Of a stretch of 64,000 bases of DNA, positions 8,759-17,652 are shown one piece after another. The stretch is from Clostridia bacterium (GTDB lineage: Bacteria > Bacillota > Clostridia > Oscillospirales > CAG-272): positions 2,770 through 66,769 of the forward strand of contig JAFQEJ010000033.1 of the NCBI GenBank assembly GCA_017399105.1, read 5' to 3'. A program made the position numbers and the translations under genes. The notes under the pieces were generated by a model. It did no database searches and was not told the DNA's origin. It was given only the letters and a program-made list of their open reading frames with translations. Every line of letters starts with the position of its first letter. Position 1 is the stretch's first letter.

Positions 8759-10057
8759 ATGTCAATGTACAATAAGAAGACCATTGAGGACATTGCCGTA
8801 GCAGGCAAAAAGGTTCTCGTACGCTGCGACTTCAATGTTCCCGTAAAGGACGGCGTTATCACCGATGACAAGCGTATCGTCGGCGCAATGAAGACCATCA
8901 ACTACCTGGTTGAGCAGGGTGCAAAGGTTATCCTCTGCTCTCACATGGGCAGACCCCACAATGTGCTCGACGAAAAGCTCTCCCTCGACAAGAAGGAAAA
9001 GAAGAAGATCGAGGCTCTTCCCGCAGAGGAGCAGGAGGCTGCAAAGGCTGCCGCTCTCGAAAAGGCAAAGGGCGACATCACCAAGCTCTCGCTGAAGATT
9101 ATTGCTGACGACCTTGCTGCAAGAGGCCTGAAGGTTACTCTCGCAAAGGATGTTGTCGGTCCCGACGCACAGGCTAAGGCTGCAGCACTTGCTGACGGCG
9201 AAATTCTCCTTCTTGAGAACGTTCGCTTCCATGCTGCAGAAGAGAAGAACGATCCCGATTTCGCAAAGGCTATGGCTTCTCTTGCAGAAATCTATGTAAA
9301 CGATGCTTTCGGTACCGCTCACCGCGCACATGCTTCCACCGCAGGTGTAGCTGATTATCTCCCCGCAGTCTGCGGCTACCTCATTCAGAAGGAAATCTCC
9401 ATCATGGGCGGTGCTCTTGAAAATCCCAAGCGTCCCTTCGTTGCTATCCTCGGCGGCGCAAAGGTATCCGACAAGATCGGCGTTATCAACAACCTCATCG
9501 AGAAGGTTGACACCCTCATCATCGGCGGCGGTATGGCATACACCTTCTTCCGCGCATTGGGCAACACCACCGGTACCTCCATCTGCGAAGAGGACAAGCT
9601 CGATCTCGCTAAGGATCTGATGGACAAGGCTCGCGAGAAGGGCGTAAACTTCCTGCTTCCCGTTGACAACGTGATCGGCCGCGAGTACAAGGAAGACACC
9701 ACCTTCATGCGTATCTACTCCGACTCCATTCCGGATGGCTGGATGGGCCTTGACATCGGCGAAAAGACTCAGGAGCTTTACACCAAGTCGATCCAGGGTG
9801 CAGGCACTGTTGTTTGGAACGGTCCGATGGGCGTTTCCGAGTGGGAGAACTTCGCATCGGGTACCAAGGCTGTTGCCAAGGCTGTTGCCGAGTCGGGTGC
9901 TGTTTCGATCATCGGCGGCGGTGACTCCGCAGCTGCAGTTGAGACTCTCGGCTATGCTGACATGATGACACACATTTCCACCGGTGGCGGTGCTTCGCTC
10001 GAGTTCCTCGAGGGCATTGAGCTTCCCGGCATTGCTTGCCTCCAGGACAAGGAATAA
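8759..10057 (+). CDS. pgk: Phosphoglycerate kinase (with an internal insertion after the GRP motif)
   Basis: [35 protein letters not shown] motifs. ATG at 8759 has GAGG upstream. The tracked ORF start at 8420 is rejected because it lies in non-coding AT-rich promoter DNA. Confidence 0.95.
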   Translation: MSMYNKKTIEDIAVAGKKVLVRCDFNVPVKDGVITDDKRIVGAMKTINYLVEQGAKVILCSHMGRPHNVLDEKLSLDKKEKKKIEALPAEEQEAAKAAALEKAKGDITKLSLKIIADDLAARGLKVTLAKDVVGPDAQAKAAALADGEILLLENVRFHAAEEKNDPDFAKAMASLAEIYVNDAFGTAHRAHASTAGVADYLPAVCGYLIQKEISIMGGALENPKRPFVAILGGAKVSDKIGVINNLIEKVDTLIIGGGMAYTFFRALGNTTGTSICEEDKLDLAKDLMDKAREKGVNFLLPVDNVIGREYKEDTTFMRIYSDSIPDGWMGLDIGEKTQELYTKSIQGAGTVVWNGPMGVSEWENFASGTKAVAKAVAESGAVSIIGGGDSAAAVETLGYADMMTHISTGGGASLEFLEGIELPGIACLQDKE

Positions 10058-10302
10058 GATAGCATTGACAGTAATGGGGAATTGCGAAAGCAGCTTCCCA
10101 TTACTATCGTTAAACGATAAATCCCGATTTGACAAAGGATTCCGCAGGCAGACGGATAACCGCTGCAGGGCGGGGGCACTCCCGCCGATCTGTTCGTTTT
10201 TCGCTTTGAAACGGCTGGAGCAAGCCCCCGTCCTACGATTTGCGCGCTGCATTTGATGGAATATGGGCTCTTATCGGGCAAACGATAAAGGAGTATATAC
10301 CA

Positions 10303-11070
10303 ATGAACAAGACACTTCGCCGTCCCGTAATTGCGGGCAACTGGAAGATGAATATGACCCCTTCCAAGGCTAAGGCTCTGATTTCCGAGCTGGCTCCCAA
10401 GGTTGAGGGCAAGAACGAATGCGACATCGTGCTCTGCGTACCCTTTGTGGACATCGCAGTGGCAAAGGAAGCCGCTGAGGGCACAAACATCAAGATCGGT
10501 GCTCAGAACGTACATTTTGCAAAGTCGGGCGCATACACCGGTGAAATCGCTGCCGACATGCTTGTTGAGGCAGGCGCTGAGTATGTTGTCATCGGACACA
10601 GCGAGCGCAGACAGTATTTCGGTGAGACCGATGAGACGGTCAACCTCCGCACAAAGGCTGCTCTCGAGGGCGGTCTGAAGGTTATCCTCTGCGTTGGCGA
10701 GCTTCTGTCCCAGCGTGAGCAGGGCATCACCGCTGAAATCGTTTCGCTCCAGACCAAGATCGCGCTTCAGGGTGTGACTGCCGAGCAGATGAAGAATATC
10801 ATCATCGCATACGAGCCTGTATGGGCAATCGGCACAGGCAAGACGGCTACCGCCGATCAGGCTGAGGAAGTCTGCGCGATCATCCGCGGTGTCATCGCCG
10901 GTCTCTATGATGATGCTGTTGCAAAGGCAACCGTTATCCAGTACGGCGGATCCATGAACGCAGCAAACGCAGCCGAGCTTCTCTCCCGCGAGGACATTGA
11001 CGGCGGACTCATCGGCGGCGCATCCCTCAAGAGCGAAGACTTCTCGATCATCGTGTCTGCAGCCAACTAA
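10303..11070 (+). CDS. tpiA: Triosephosphate isomerase
   Basis: IAGNWKMN, VIGHSERR, AYEPVWAIGTG, GGASL motifs. AAAGGAG RBS. Confidence 0.95.
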   Translation: MNKTLRRPVIAGNWKMNMTPSKAKALISELAPKVEGKNECDIVLCVPFVDIAVAKEAAEGTNIKIGAQNVHFAKSGAYTGEIAADMLVEAGAEYVVIGHSERRQYFGETDETVNLRTKAALEGGLKVILCVGELLSQREQGITAEIVSLQTKIALQGVTAEQMKNIIIAYEPVWAIGTGKTATADQAEEVCAIIRGVIAGLYDDAVAKATVIQYGGSMNAANAAELLSREDIDGGLIGGASLKSEDFSIIVSAAN

Positions 11071-11150
11071 CCACCTTGCAGGTGGACGGCCTGTATCGGC
11101 GTTAGGTAGATGAAATCGTTTCCTCATACCCCGATGGGGGAGGTATACGA
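11071..11150 (+). repeat. Stop-codon/terminator-associated module (family T) downstream of tpiA
   Basis: TAA-CCACCTTGCAGGTGG hairpin-ACGGCCTGTATCGGCGTTAGGTAGATGAAATCGTTTCCTCATACCCCGATGGGGGAGGTATACGA. Same orientation relative to its gene as the hprK, cysS and mnmE copies. Confidence 0.8.
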
Positions 11151-11297
11151 ATGGGTTGAACAAATCCGTAGGGCGGGGGATTGCTCCCGCCGTTCCCAAT
11201 TGATCCCCGCAATATAAACATCTTATCTCAGGAGAAATCCCACGGTGTTGTACCGATATCCTCGGTACAGCACCTTTTTGTGGGCAAATTACAACAC

Positions 11298-12455
11298 ATG
11301 GCTCGACTTTCTCATACTGCACCGCACCCGATATTCCACCCCGAGGTTATCCTCGACCGGGTCGCAGGCTTCATCAAATCGAACATTGTATTCTGCATCG
11401 CAGCCGTAGCGGCACTGGCAACCACCATCCTCGTTCCGCCCGATTCTGTTTATGCAGGCTATTTTGATCTGCGGACGCTGACCTGTCTGCTCTGCACCTC
11501 TGCGGTGGTGGCGGCGCTTTCTGGCATCGGCTTCTTCCGTATTCTGGCGCAGTCGATCATCCGCCGCTTCAAGTCGCTTCGCATGAGTGTACTGGCGCTG
11601 GTATGGATCACCTTCATCGGCTCGATGGTTATTGCCAACGACATGGCACTGCTGACCTTTCTGCCGCTGGGCTACCACGTTCTTGAAAATTCGGGCGGCA
11701 GGCGGTTTATGGTCTATACCTTTATTCTGCAGAACATTGCAGCCAATCTGGGCGGCATGCTGACTCCCTTCGGCAATCCGCAGAATCTCTACATATACTC
11801 AAAATTTGAGATTCCCACGATGGAGTTCATGTCGGTGATGGCGCCACCCTTCATTTTAGCGGTGATCATGATCACCATCCTCTGTGTTGTGCTTCCCGCA
11901 AAGCCGCTGGAGCTGTCTGCAGACACAGGAAAGCTGCCGCTTGGACGCTCTGTATTCTATCTGGTGCTCTTTGTTCTGGCGATCGTGGTGGTCTTCCGCA
12001 TCATCCCTTATTATGTAGGTCTTGCTGTTATCATTGCGGCGCTGATGGTGACCGACAGGCGAGCCATTGCAAAGGTTGACTGGGGACTGCTCGGCACCTT
12101 CTGTGCATTCTTTATTTTCTCGGGCAATCTGGCGCGGGTTGGTGTGGTACGGGAATTTTTTTCGGCACTGCTTGAGAAGAATGTGATGCTGGTCAGCATT
12201 TTCTCCTGTCAGTTCATCAGCAATGTGCCCTCTGCGGTATTGCTGTCACAGTTCACCGAGAATTGGCGCGAGCTGCTTCTGGGTGTGAATCTGGGCGGCA
12301 CAGGTACGCTGATTGCGTCGCTGGCGAGTCTGATCACCTTCCGCGAATACACATCGCGCAATCCCGGAAAGGGGCTTGCTTATCTGGGGCTTTTTTCGGC
12401 GATGAATTTTGGATTCCTTGCGGTGCTGACGGTGTTTATGCTGGTGATCGGGTAA
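11298..12455 (+). CDS. Anion permease of the ArsB/NhaD (YbiR-like) superfamily
   Basis: About 10 TM helices and a FGNPQNLYIYS motif. The start is uncertain: no clear RBS, and the tracked TTG at 11181 lies inside repeat DNA. Confidence 0.7.
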   Translation: MARLSHTAPHPIFHPEVILDRVAGFIKSNIVFCIAAVAALATTILVPPDSVYAGYFDLRTLTCLLCTSAVVAALSGIGFFRILAQSIIRRFKSLRMSVLALVWITFIGSMVIANDMALLTFLPLGYHVLENSGGRRFMVYTFILQNIAANLGGMLTPFGNPQNLYIYSKFEIPTMEFMSVMAPPFILAVIMITILCVVLPAKPLELSADTGKLPLGRSVFYLVLFVLAIVVVFRIIPYYVGLAVIIAALMVTDRRAIAKVDWGLLGTFCAFFIFSGNLARVGVVREFFSALLEKNVMLVSIFSCQFISNVPSAVLLSQFTENWRELLLGVNLGGTGTLIASLASLITFREYTSRNPGKGLAYLGLFSAMNFGFLAVLTVFMLVIG

Positions 12456-12514
12456 AGAAGTGCTTCGGGGCACCTCTCCCTCACCAAATATTTCAATATT
12501 TTCCCATTCTCATC

Positions 12515-12543
12515 TTGACAATTTTCCCGTGATATTGTATAAT
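12515..12543 (+). promoter_or_regulatory. Sigma-70-type promoter upstream of glnN
   Basis: TTGACA (12515-12520), a 17-nt spacer, then TATAAT (12538-12543). Confidence 0.5.
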
Positions 12544-12556
12544 AATTCTCACAGCG

Positions 12557-12604
12557 AGGCGCTGCGGAATCTTTCGTATTCCCGCGGTGCCTTTTCTTGT
12601 TTTC
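12557..12604 (+). terminator. Leader hairpin plus T-tract between promoter and glnN start (attenuator candidate)
   Basis: AGGCGCTGCGGAAT-ctttcgt-ATTCCCGCGGTGCCT forms a stem of about 14 bp with wobbles and one bulge. It is followed by TTTTCTTGTTTT, about 30 nt before the glnN ATG. Confidence 0.45.
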
Positions 12605-12635
12605 ATGCAACTTTGAATCAGAAATGAGGCATATT

Positions 12636-14735
12636 ATGACATCAATTCCCTCTATTTTCGGCAGTATGGTCTTCAATGACGAGGTCATGCGTGATAAGCT
12701 GCCAAAGGATATCTATAAAAACCTCAAGAAAACCATCTCGGAAGGCTCAGATCTGGATATCGGCGTCGCCAATGTGGTCGCCAATGCCATGAAGGATTGG
12801 GCAATCGAAAAGGGTGCAACCCACTATACCCATTGGTTTCAGCCCATGACAGGCATCACCGCCGAAAAACATGACAGCTTCATCTCCCCCCAGAAGGACG
12901 GCACCATTATCATGGAGTTCTCGGGCAAGGAATTGATCAAGGGCGAGCCCGATGCCTCTTCCTTCCCCTCGGGCGGTCTGCGTGCCACCTTCGAGGCGAG
13001 AGGCTATACCGCATGGGACCCCACCTCCTATGCCTTTATCAAGGATCATACCCTCTGCATCCCCACCGCCTTCTATTCCTACAGCGGTGAGGTGCTCGAT
13101 AAAAAGACCCCTCTTCTCCGCTCCATCGAATGTCTCTCCCGCGAGACTGCCCGTATCCTCCGCCTCTTCGGCAAGGAAACAAGCCGCGTCATCGCCCAGG
13201 TCGGCCCCGAGCAGGAATATTTCCTCATCGACCGGGGCGAGTATCTGAAGCGCGAGGATCTGGTCATGTGCGGACGCACCCTCTTCGGAGCAAAGCCTCC
13301 CAAGGGTCAGGAGCTGGAGGATCACTACTTCGGTGTCATCCGTCCCCGCGTTGCCGCTTTTATGCGCGAGCTGGATGAAGAGCTCTGGAAGCTGGGCGTA
13401 TTTGCCAAGACCAAGCACAACGAGGCGGCTCCCGCTCAGCACGAGCTTGCTCCCGTTTTCTGCAACGCCAACGCCGCCACCGACCAGAACCAGCTCACCA
13501 TGGAGCTGATGAAGACCATCGCCGAGCGGCACAATCTTGCCTGCCTGCTCCATGAGAAGCCCTTCCTTGGGGTCAACGGCTCGGGCAAGCATAACAACTG
13601 GTCGATCTCCACCGCCGAGGGAGAAAATCTGCTCTCCCCCGGTCACGACCCCTTCCACAATAAACAGTTCTTACTCTTCCTTGCGGCTGTGATCAAGGCT
13701 GTGGACGATTTCCAGGATCTTCTTCGCATCTCCATCGCTTCTGCGGGCAACGATCACCGTCTCGGCGCTGCGGAGGCTCCCCCTGCCATCGTCTCCATGT
13801 TCTTGGGCGATGAGCTGAGTGGGGTTCTCGATGCCTTTGAGCGGGGCGAGGAATATCAGCCCATCTCGCGCATCGATATGACTGCAGGTGTGCAGGTGCT
13901 TCCCGAATTCAAGAAGGACACCACCGACCGCAACCGTACATCCCCCTTCGCCTTTACTGGCAATAAATTTGAGTTCCGTATGCTGGGCTCTTCCCTGTCG
14001 ATTGCAGATCCCAATACCATTCTGAACACCATCGTTTCTGAGGTTCTCAGCCAGTTTGCCGACAAGATCGAAGCGGCAGTAGCGGCAGGCAAAGCCTTCG
14101 AGGATGCTCTTGATGAGGTCATCCGCAACACCATTCGCTGTCACAAGCGCATCATTTTCAATGGTGACGGCTACACCGAGGACTGGGTACGCGAGGCAGA
14201 AGCGCGCGGTCTGCTCAATCTCAAGACCACGCCCGAGGCACTGCCCTATTTGGTCAATTCCAAGAATCTGGCGCTCTTTACCAAACACAAGATTTTCAGC
14301 GAGACTGAGATCCGCTCACGCTACGAGATTCTCATGGAAAACTATGTGAAGGTAGTGGGCATTGAGGCTCTGACCATGCTGGACATGGCAAAGAAGCAGA
14401 TTCTGCCTGCCTGCATTGCATACACGAAGCTGCTTGCCGAAGCTGAAGCAAAGAAGCGCGAGATCGGCATAGTAATGGAAGACAGCGCTGAGATGGCACT
14501 TTGCCGAAGATGCTCTGCTCTGACTGCGAAGCTGCATGCCTGCATCGGCGGACTTGAGGCTGTATTGGAGCAAGCGAAGGATGTAACCGGCATTCGCGAA
14601 GGTGCGGATTACACCAAGGATGCCGTGATTGCGGCAATGGATGAGCTGCGCAGCACAGCCGATGAGCTGGAAGGCATCGTCGGAGAGGAATATTGGCCTT
14701 ACCCGACGTACAGAAAGCTGTTATTTGATGTTTAA
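12636..14735 (+). CDS. glnN: Glutamine synthetase type III
   Basis: About 700 aa. N-terminal [22 protein letters not shown]...[13 protein letters not shown] and central [10 protein letters not shown] are typical of GS-III. GAGG lies 6 nt upstream of the ATG. Confidence 0.9.
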   Translation: MTSIPSIFGSMVFNDEVMRDKLPKDIYKNLKKTISEGSDLDIGVANVVANAMKDWAIEKGATHYTHWFQPMTGITAEKHDSFISPQKDGTIIMEFSGKELIKGEPDASSFPSGGLRATFEARGYTAWDPTSYAFIKDHTLCIPTAFYSYSGEVLDKKTPLLRSIECLSRETARILRLFGKETSRVIAQVGPEQEYFLIDRGEYLKREDLVMCGRTLFGAKPPKGQELEDHYFGVIRPRVAAFMRELDEELWKLGVFAKTKHNEAAPAQHELAPVFCNANAATDQNQLTMELMKTIAERHNLACLLHEKPFLGVNGSGKHNNWSISTAEGENLLSPGHDPFHNKQFLLFLAAVIKAVDDFQDLLRISIASAGNDHRLGAAEAPPAIVSMFLGDELSGVLDAFERGEEYQPISRIDMTAGVQVLPEFKKDTTDRNRTSPFAFTGNKFEFRMLGSSLSIADPNTILNTIVSEVLSQFADKIEAAVAAGKAFEDALDEVIRNTIRCHKRIIFNGDGYTEDWVREAEARGLLNLKTTPEALPYLVNSKNLALFTKHKIFSETEIRSRYEILMENYVKVVGIEALTMLDMAKKQILPACIAYTKLLAEAEAKKREIGIVMEDSAEMALCRRCSALTAKLHACIGGLEAVLEQAKDVTGIREGADYTKDAVIAAMDELRSTADELEGIVGEEYWPYPTYRKLLFDV

Positions 14736-14822
14736 GTGAGGGCCGGCGTGCTTCTGAGTGATGCACTTTCCCCTCATATATCCCAAAAACAAAAACGAAC
14801 TATACCCCCACGGAGGTTCCCC

Positions 14823-15470
14823 ATGAAACTCGAATCCAAAATCATCGCATTCCTCGGCGACAGCATCACAGAAGGTGCCGGCGTCGCCAACCACGCCAAT
14901 CGCTACGATAATCGCATGCTCCGCGATTGCAAGCTGGCAGGCGTGCGTAACTACGGCATCGGCGGCTCGCGGCTTGCCCACCAGACCAAGCCCTCCGACT
15001 GCCCCCGCTATGACCTCTGCTTCTGCGGCAGAGCCTATAACATCGACCCCGCAGCAGATATCATCGTGGTCTACGGCGGCGTCAATGATTTTCTCCACGG
15101 CGATGCGCCCTTCGGAGAGATGGGCGATGCAACCCCCGCAACCTTCTGCGGTGCCGTGCGTTGGCTCATGAATTTTATGAAAACCCAGTATGCAAATAAA
15201 ACGGTCGTCTTTATGACTCCCGCCCGCTGCAACGGTAAATTCGGCACCCTCAGCGCAGGCAATAACCTTCCTCTCAGACGTTATGTGGAGGTTATCCTCG
15301 CTACCGCAAAGGAGCTGGAAATTCCGATCCTCAACCTCTTCGATGACCTTGGCATCAACGCCGAAACAGATGAGGATATGGCACGCTATACCGCCGACGG
15401 ACTTCACCTTAACGATGACGGTCATGCCATCCTGGCAGAGAAGCTGACTGCATTTCTGGAGGTACTCTGA
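14823..15470 (+). CDS. SGNH/GDSL hydrolase (esterase), paralog 1
   Basis: FLGDSITEG block I, GIGGSR block II, GGVNDF block III, DGLHLND block V. GGAGG RBS. Confidence 0.8.
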   Translation: MKLESKIIAFLGDSITEGAGVANHANRYDNRMLRDCKLAGVRNYGIGGSRLAHQTKPSDCPRYDLCFCGRAYNIDPAADIIVVYGGVNDFLHGDAPFGEMGDATPATFCGAVRWLMNFMKTQYANKTVVFMTPARCNGKFGTLSAGNNLPLRRYVEVILATAKELEIPILNLFDDLGINAETDEDMARYTADGLHLNDDGHAILAEKLTAFLEVL

Positions 15471-16162
15471 TGATTCTCTCGGGAAAACGTATCGCCTTCC
15501 TCGGCGACAGCATTACCGAAGGTGCCGGCGTATCCGATCCTGACAACCGTTACGATAACCGCATGCTCCGTGACGCTGATCTGGCGGCAGTCTATAACTA
15601 TGGCATCGGTGGTACACGGCTTGCCCATCAGCAAAAGGCCAGCCCGGCCGCGCGTGCCGATCTCTGCTTCTGCGGCAGAGCCTACGATATCACACCTGAT
15701 GCCGATATTGTGGTTGTTTTCGGCGGTGTCAATGACTATCTCCACGGCGACGCGCCCTTTGGCAGACCGACAGACGGTATGCAGTCCACCTTCTGCGGCG
15801 GCGTGCGCTGGCTGATGAGCTTTCTGAAGGAACGTTTTGCTGGAAAAACGGTGGTGTTTATGACACCTGCCCACTGCAACACCGGTGCCATTGTCGATGC
15901 ACTGCCTTCACCTGATCACCGCAAGATCGATCCCATCACAGGCAAATCGGATGGCAGACCGCTTGTGGAGTATGTGGACACCATCCTCGCCATCGGTGCT
16001 GAGCTTGGTGTCCCGGTGCTTGATCTTTACCGTACGCTGGGAATTGATCCCAACAAGCCGGAGGATAACAAAGCCTATACCGCCGACGGACTTCATCTTA
16101 ACGATGCGGGACACGCCATCCTGGCAGAGAAGCTGACTGCATTTCTTGCGGAAATCGAATAA
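15470..16162 (+). CDS. SGNH/GDSL hydrolase (esterase), paralog 2
   Basis: Same blocks as the upstream paralog. The ATG overlaps the upstream TGA (TGATG). Confidence 0.8.
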   Translation: MILSGKRIAFLGDSITEGAGVSDPDNRYDNRMLRDADLAAVYNYGIGGTRLAHQQKASPAARADLCFCGRAYDITPDADIVVVFGGVNDYLHGDAPFGRPTDGMQSTFCGGVRWLMSFLKERFAGKTVVFMTPAHCNTGAIVDALPSPDHRKIDPITGKSDGRPLVEYVDTILAIGAELGVPVLDLYRTLGIDPNKPEDNKAYTADGLHLNDAGHAILAEKLTAFLAEIE

Positions 16163-16201
16163 AAAAAGCGGGAGCTGACACAGTTGTATGCGTCGGCTCC
16201 C
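16161..16201. terminator. Bidirectional hairpin between SGNH paralog 2 and the XRE gene
   Basis: AAAAAAA-GCGGGAGCTGAC...GTCGGCTCCC. The T-run is on the minus strand, downstream of the XRE gene. Confidence 0.5.
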
Positions 16202-16223
16202 ATTGTATGTTCGGAAGTTAATG

Positions 16224-16274
16224 TTATATATTCGCAGAATTATATATTCGACAGAATTATATATTCGGCAGGAT
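16224..16274 (-). repeat. Three tandem 17-bp direct repeats overlapping the XRE gene stop
   Basis: Plus strand reads TTATATATTCGCAGAA / TTATATATTCGACAGAA / TTATATATTCGGCAGGA. The last copy encodes the final codons (..LPNI*) of the XRE gene. Confidence 0.85.
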
Positions 16275-16592
16275 TTCATCCATGAATTTGGTGAGCACCG
16301 CCAGCTGTTTTGCGGAATATCCACCCAGCTTTTCGGTAATTGCTCTGATCTCGCGCGAGTTGTCCTCTTCCACAGGCGTGATGCGGACAAATTCCGAGAT
16401 ATCGATGTCGTAGGTGATGCACACCTCAATCAGCTTATTTAAGCTGATATTCCGCTCGCCGCGCTCAATCGTTCCCCAGTATTCCACATTCTGCCCGGTT
16501 TTCTCGCAGAATTCCTCCCGCGTGATATGGTGCAGCTCGCGGTATTTGCGGATTCTGTATGCAATTTCTCTGATCATTTCGTTGACGTCCAT
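16257..16592 (-). CDS. XRE-family helix-turn-helix transcriptional regulator
   Basis: HTH segment ITREEFCEKTGQNVEYWGTIERGERNISLNKL. ATG (MDVNEM) lies 8 nt after GCGAGG. Confidence 0.8.
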   Translation of the reverse strand: MDVNEMIREIAYRIRKYRELHHITREEFCEKTGQNVEYWGTIERGERNISLNKLIEVCITYDIDISEFVRITPVEEDNSREIRAITEKLGGYSAKQLAVLTKFMDEILPNI

Positions 16593-16665
16593 CTGTATCA
16601 CCTCGCTGATTTTATTGTACTTGAATCAGTTTGATTTATACAGATGCATAATGGTGAAGTGACCC

Positions 16666-16694
16666 TTGACAAATATGGGTATATGGTATATAAT
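16666..16694 (+). promoter_or_regulatory. Sigma-70-type promoter for the AbrB-like gene
   Basis: TTGACA (16666-16671), a 17-nt spacer, then TATAAT (16689-16694). Confidence 0.5.
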
Positions 16695-16727
16695 AACCAT
16701 ATATTGATATGAAAGGGGTATACTTCC

Positions 16728-16973
16728 ATGAATACCAAAGAAATGCTTAGAACTGTAGACGAATTGGGGCGCATCATTCTGCCTGTCGAATTTTGTAATG
16801 CTTTAATAATCCAAAAGAAGAGTCAGGTTTCGGTTACCCTTGAAAATGAAGCGCTCTGTATCCGTCCGATCCGACATACCTGTGTGCTTTGCGGCTGTAA
16901 TACGGAAGATGCAGTTGAACTGAAGGGACAATGCCTTTGCTCTGGCTGCATTGATACAATCAAAGCGTTATAA
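16728..16973 (+). CDS. AbrB/MazE/SpoVT-type swapped-hairpin DNA-binding protein with a C-terminal CxxC...CxxC zinc-ribbon-like tail
   Basis: LRTVDELGRIILPVEFCNAL matches the SpoVT-AbrB motif. C-terminal CVLCG...CSGC. Confidence 0.75.
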   Translation: MNTKEMLRTVDELGRIILPVEFCNALIIQKKSQVSVTLENEALCIRPIRHTCVLCGCNTEDAVELKGQCLCSGCIDTIKAL

Positions 16974-16979
16974 ATCCAT

Positions 16980-17068
16980 GGGGCTGTTGCAAATGGTACA
17001 TCTGCAGCAGCACAGCCACAAAATTTTCGATTTTGTAAGGGACTGTCGCATCCAAATGCGACAGTCCC
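16980..17068 (+). repeat. Hairpin-bounded repeat element, internally deleted copy B (family H)
   Basis: GGGGCTGTTGCAAATGG...(degenerate arm)...AGCCACAAAATTTTCGATTTT joins directly to a perfect 13-bp 3' hairpin GGGACTGTCGCAT-ccaa-ATGCGACAGTCCC plus TTTTTT. It starts 7 nt after the AbrB-like gene stop. Confidence 0.8.
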
Positions 17069-17073
17069 TTTTT

Positions 17074-17652
17074 TCACAGCCGCACACTTCCCGCCGGAAG
17101 AAAGAGCGGCTGCAGCTGCTTCTCTTCCATCGCCAGCTTCAGTGCATCGGGAATCAGACTGAAATCGGCAATCATCGATGTGGGCTTTCCTGTGGGATCA
17201 TCCTGCGCCATGGGAACGAAGTAGACATGCTTGCGCAGAAGAAGCTGCCCGATGTTGGAGAGATTTGCCGAGAGCGCGTCGTTGGTGGCGGCGGCAAGCA
17301 GAAGAGGGCGGCCTCCGCGCAGGTGAGCCTTTGCCGCCATGGTAACAGCACCGTCGGTGATACCTGCGGCGATTTTCGCCATGGTATTGCCTGTGCAGGG
17401 AGCGATGATGAGCGCATCCAGCGGCATCTTCGGGCCGAGGGGCTCGGCGGCTTCGACGGTGGAGATGCAGGGACGGCGGCAGAGCGATTCCACCTGCGAA
17501 AGCAGCGCAGCAGCGCTTCCGAAGCGGGTGTCGGTATGGATACAGCGCTCGCTGAGAATGGGCTGAATTTCGTACTCTTTCACCAGCCGCTCCAGCATTG
17601 CAATCGAGCGGGCATGGGTACAGAAGGAGCCGCAGAGAGCATATCCGATCAT
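17074..17652 (-). CDS. dpaB: Dipicolinate synthase subunit B
   Basis: Flavoprotein-like GYALCGSFCT...APCTGNTMAKIAAGITD, about 190 aa. ATGA overlap with dpaA. Confidence 0.9.
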   Translation of the reverse strand: MIGYALCGSFCTHARSIAMLERLVKEYEIQPILSERCIHTDTRFGSAAALLSQVESLCRRPCISTVEAAEPLGPKMPLDALIIAPCTGNTMAKIAAGITDGAVTMAAKAHLRGGRPLLLAAATNDALSANLSNIGQLLLRKHVYFVPMAQDDPTGKPTSMIADFSLIPDALKLAMEEKQLQPLFLPAGSVRL

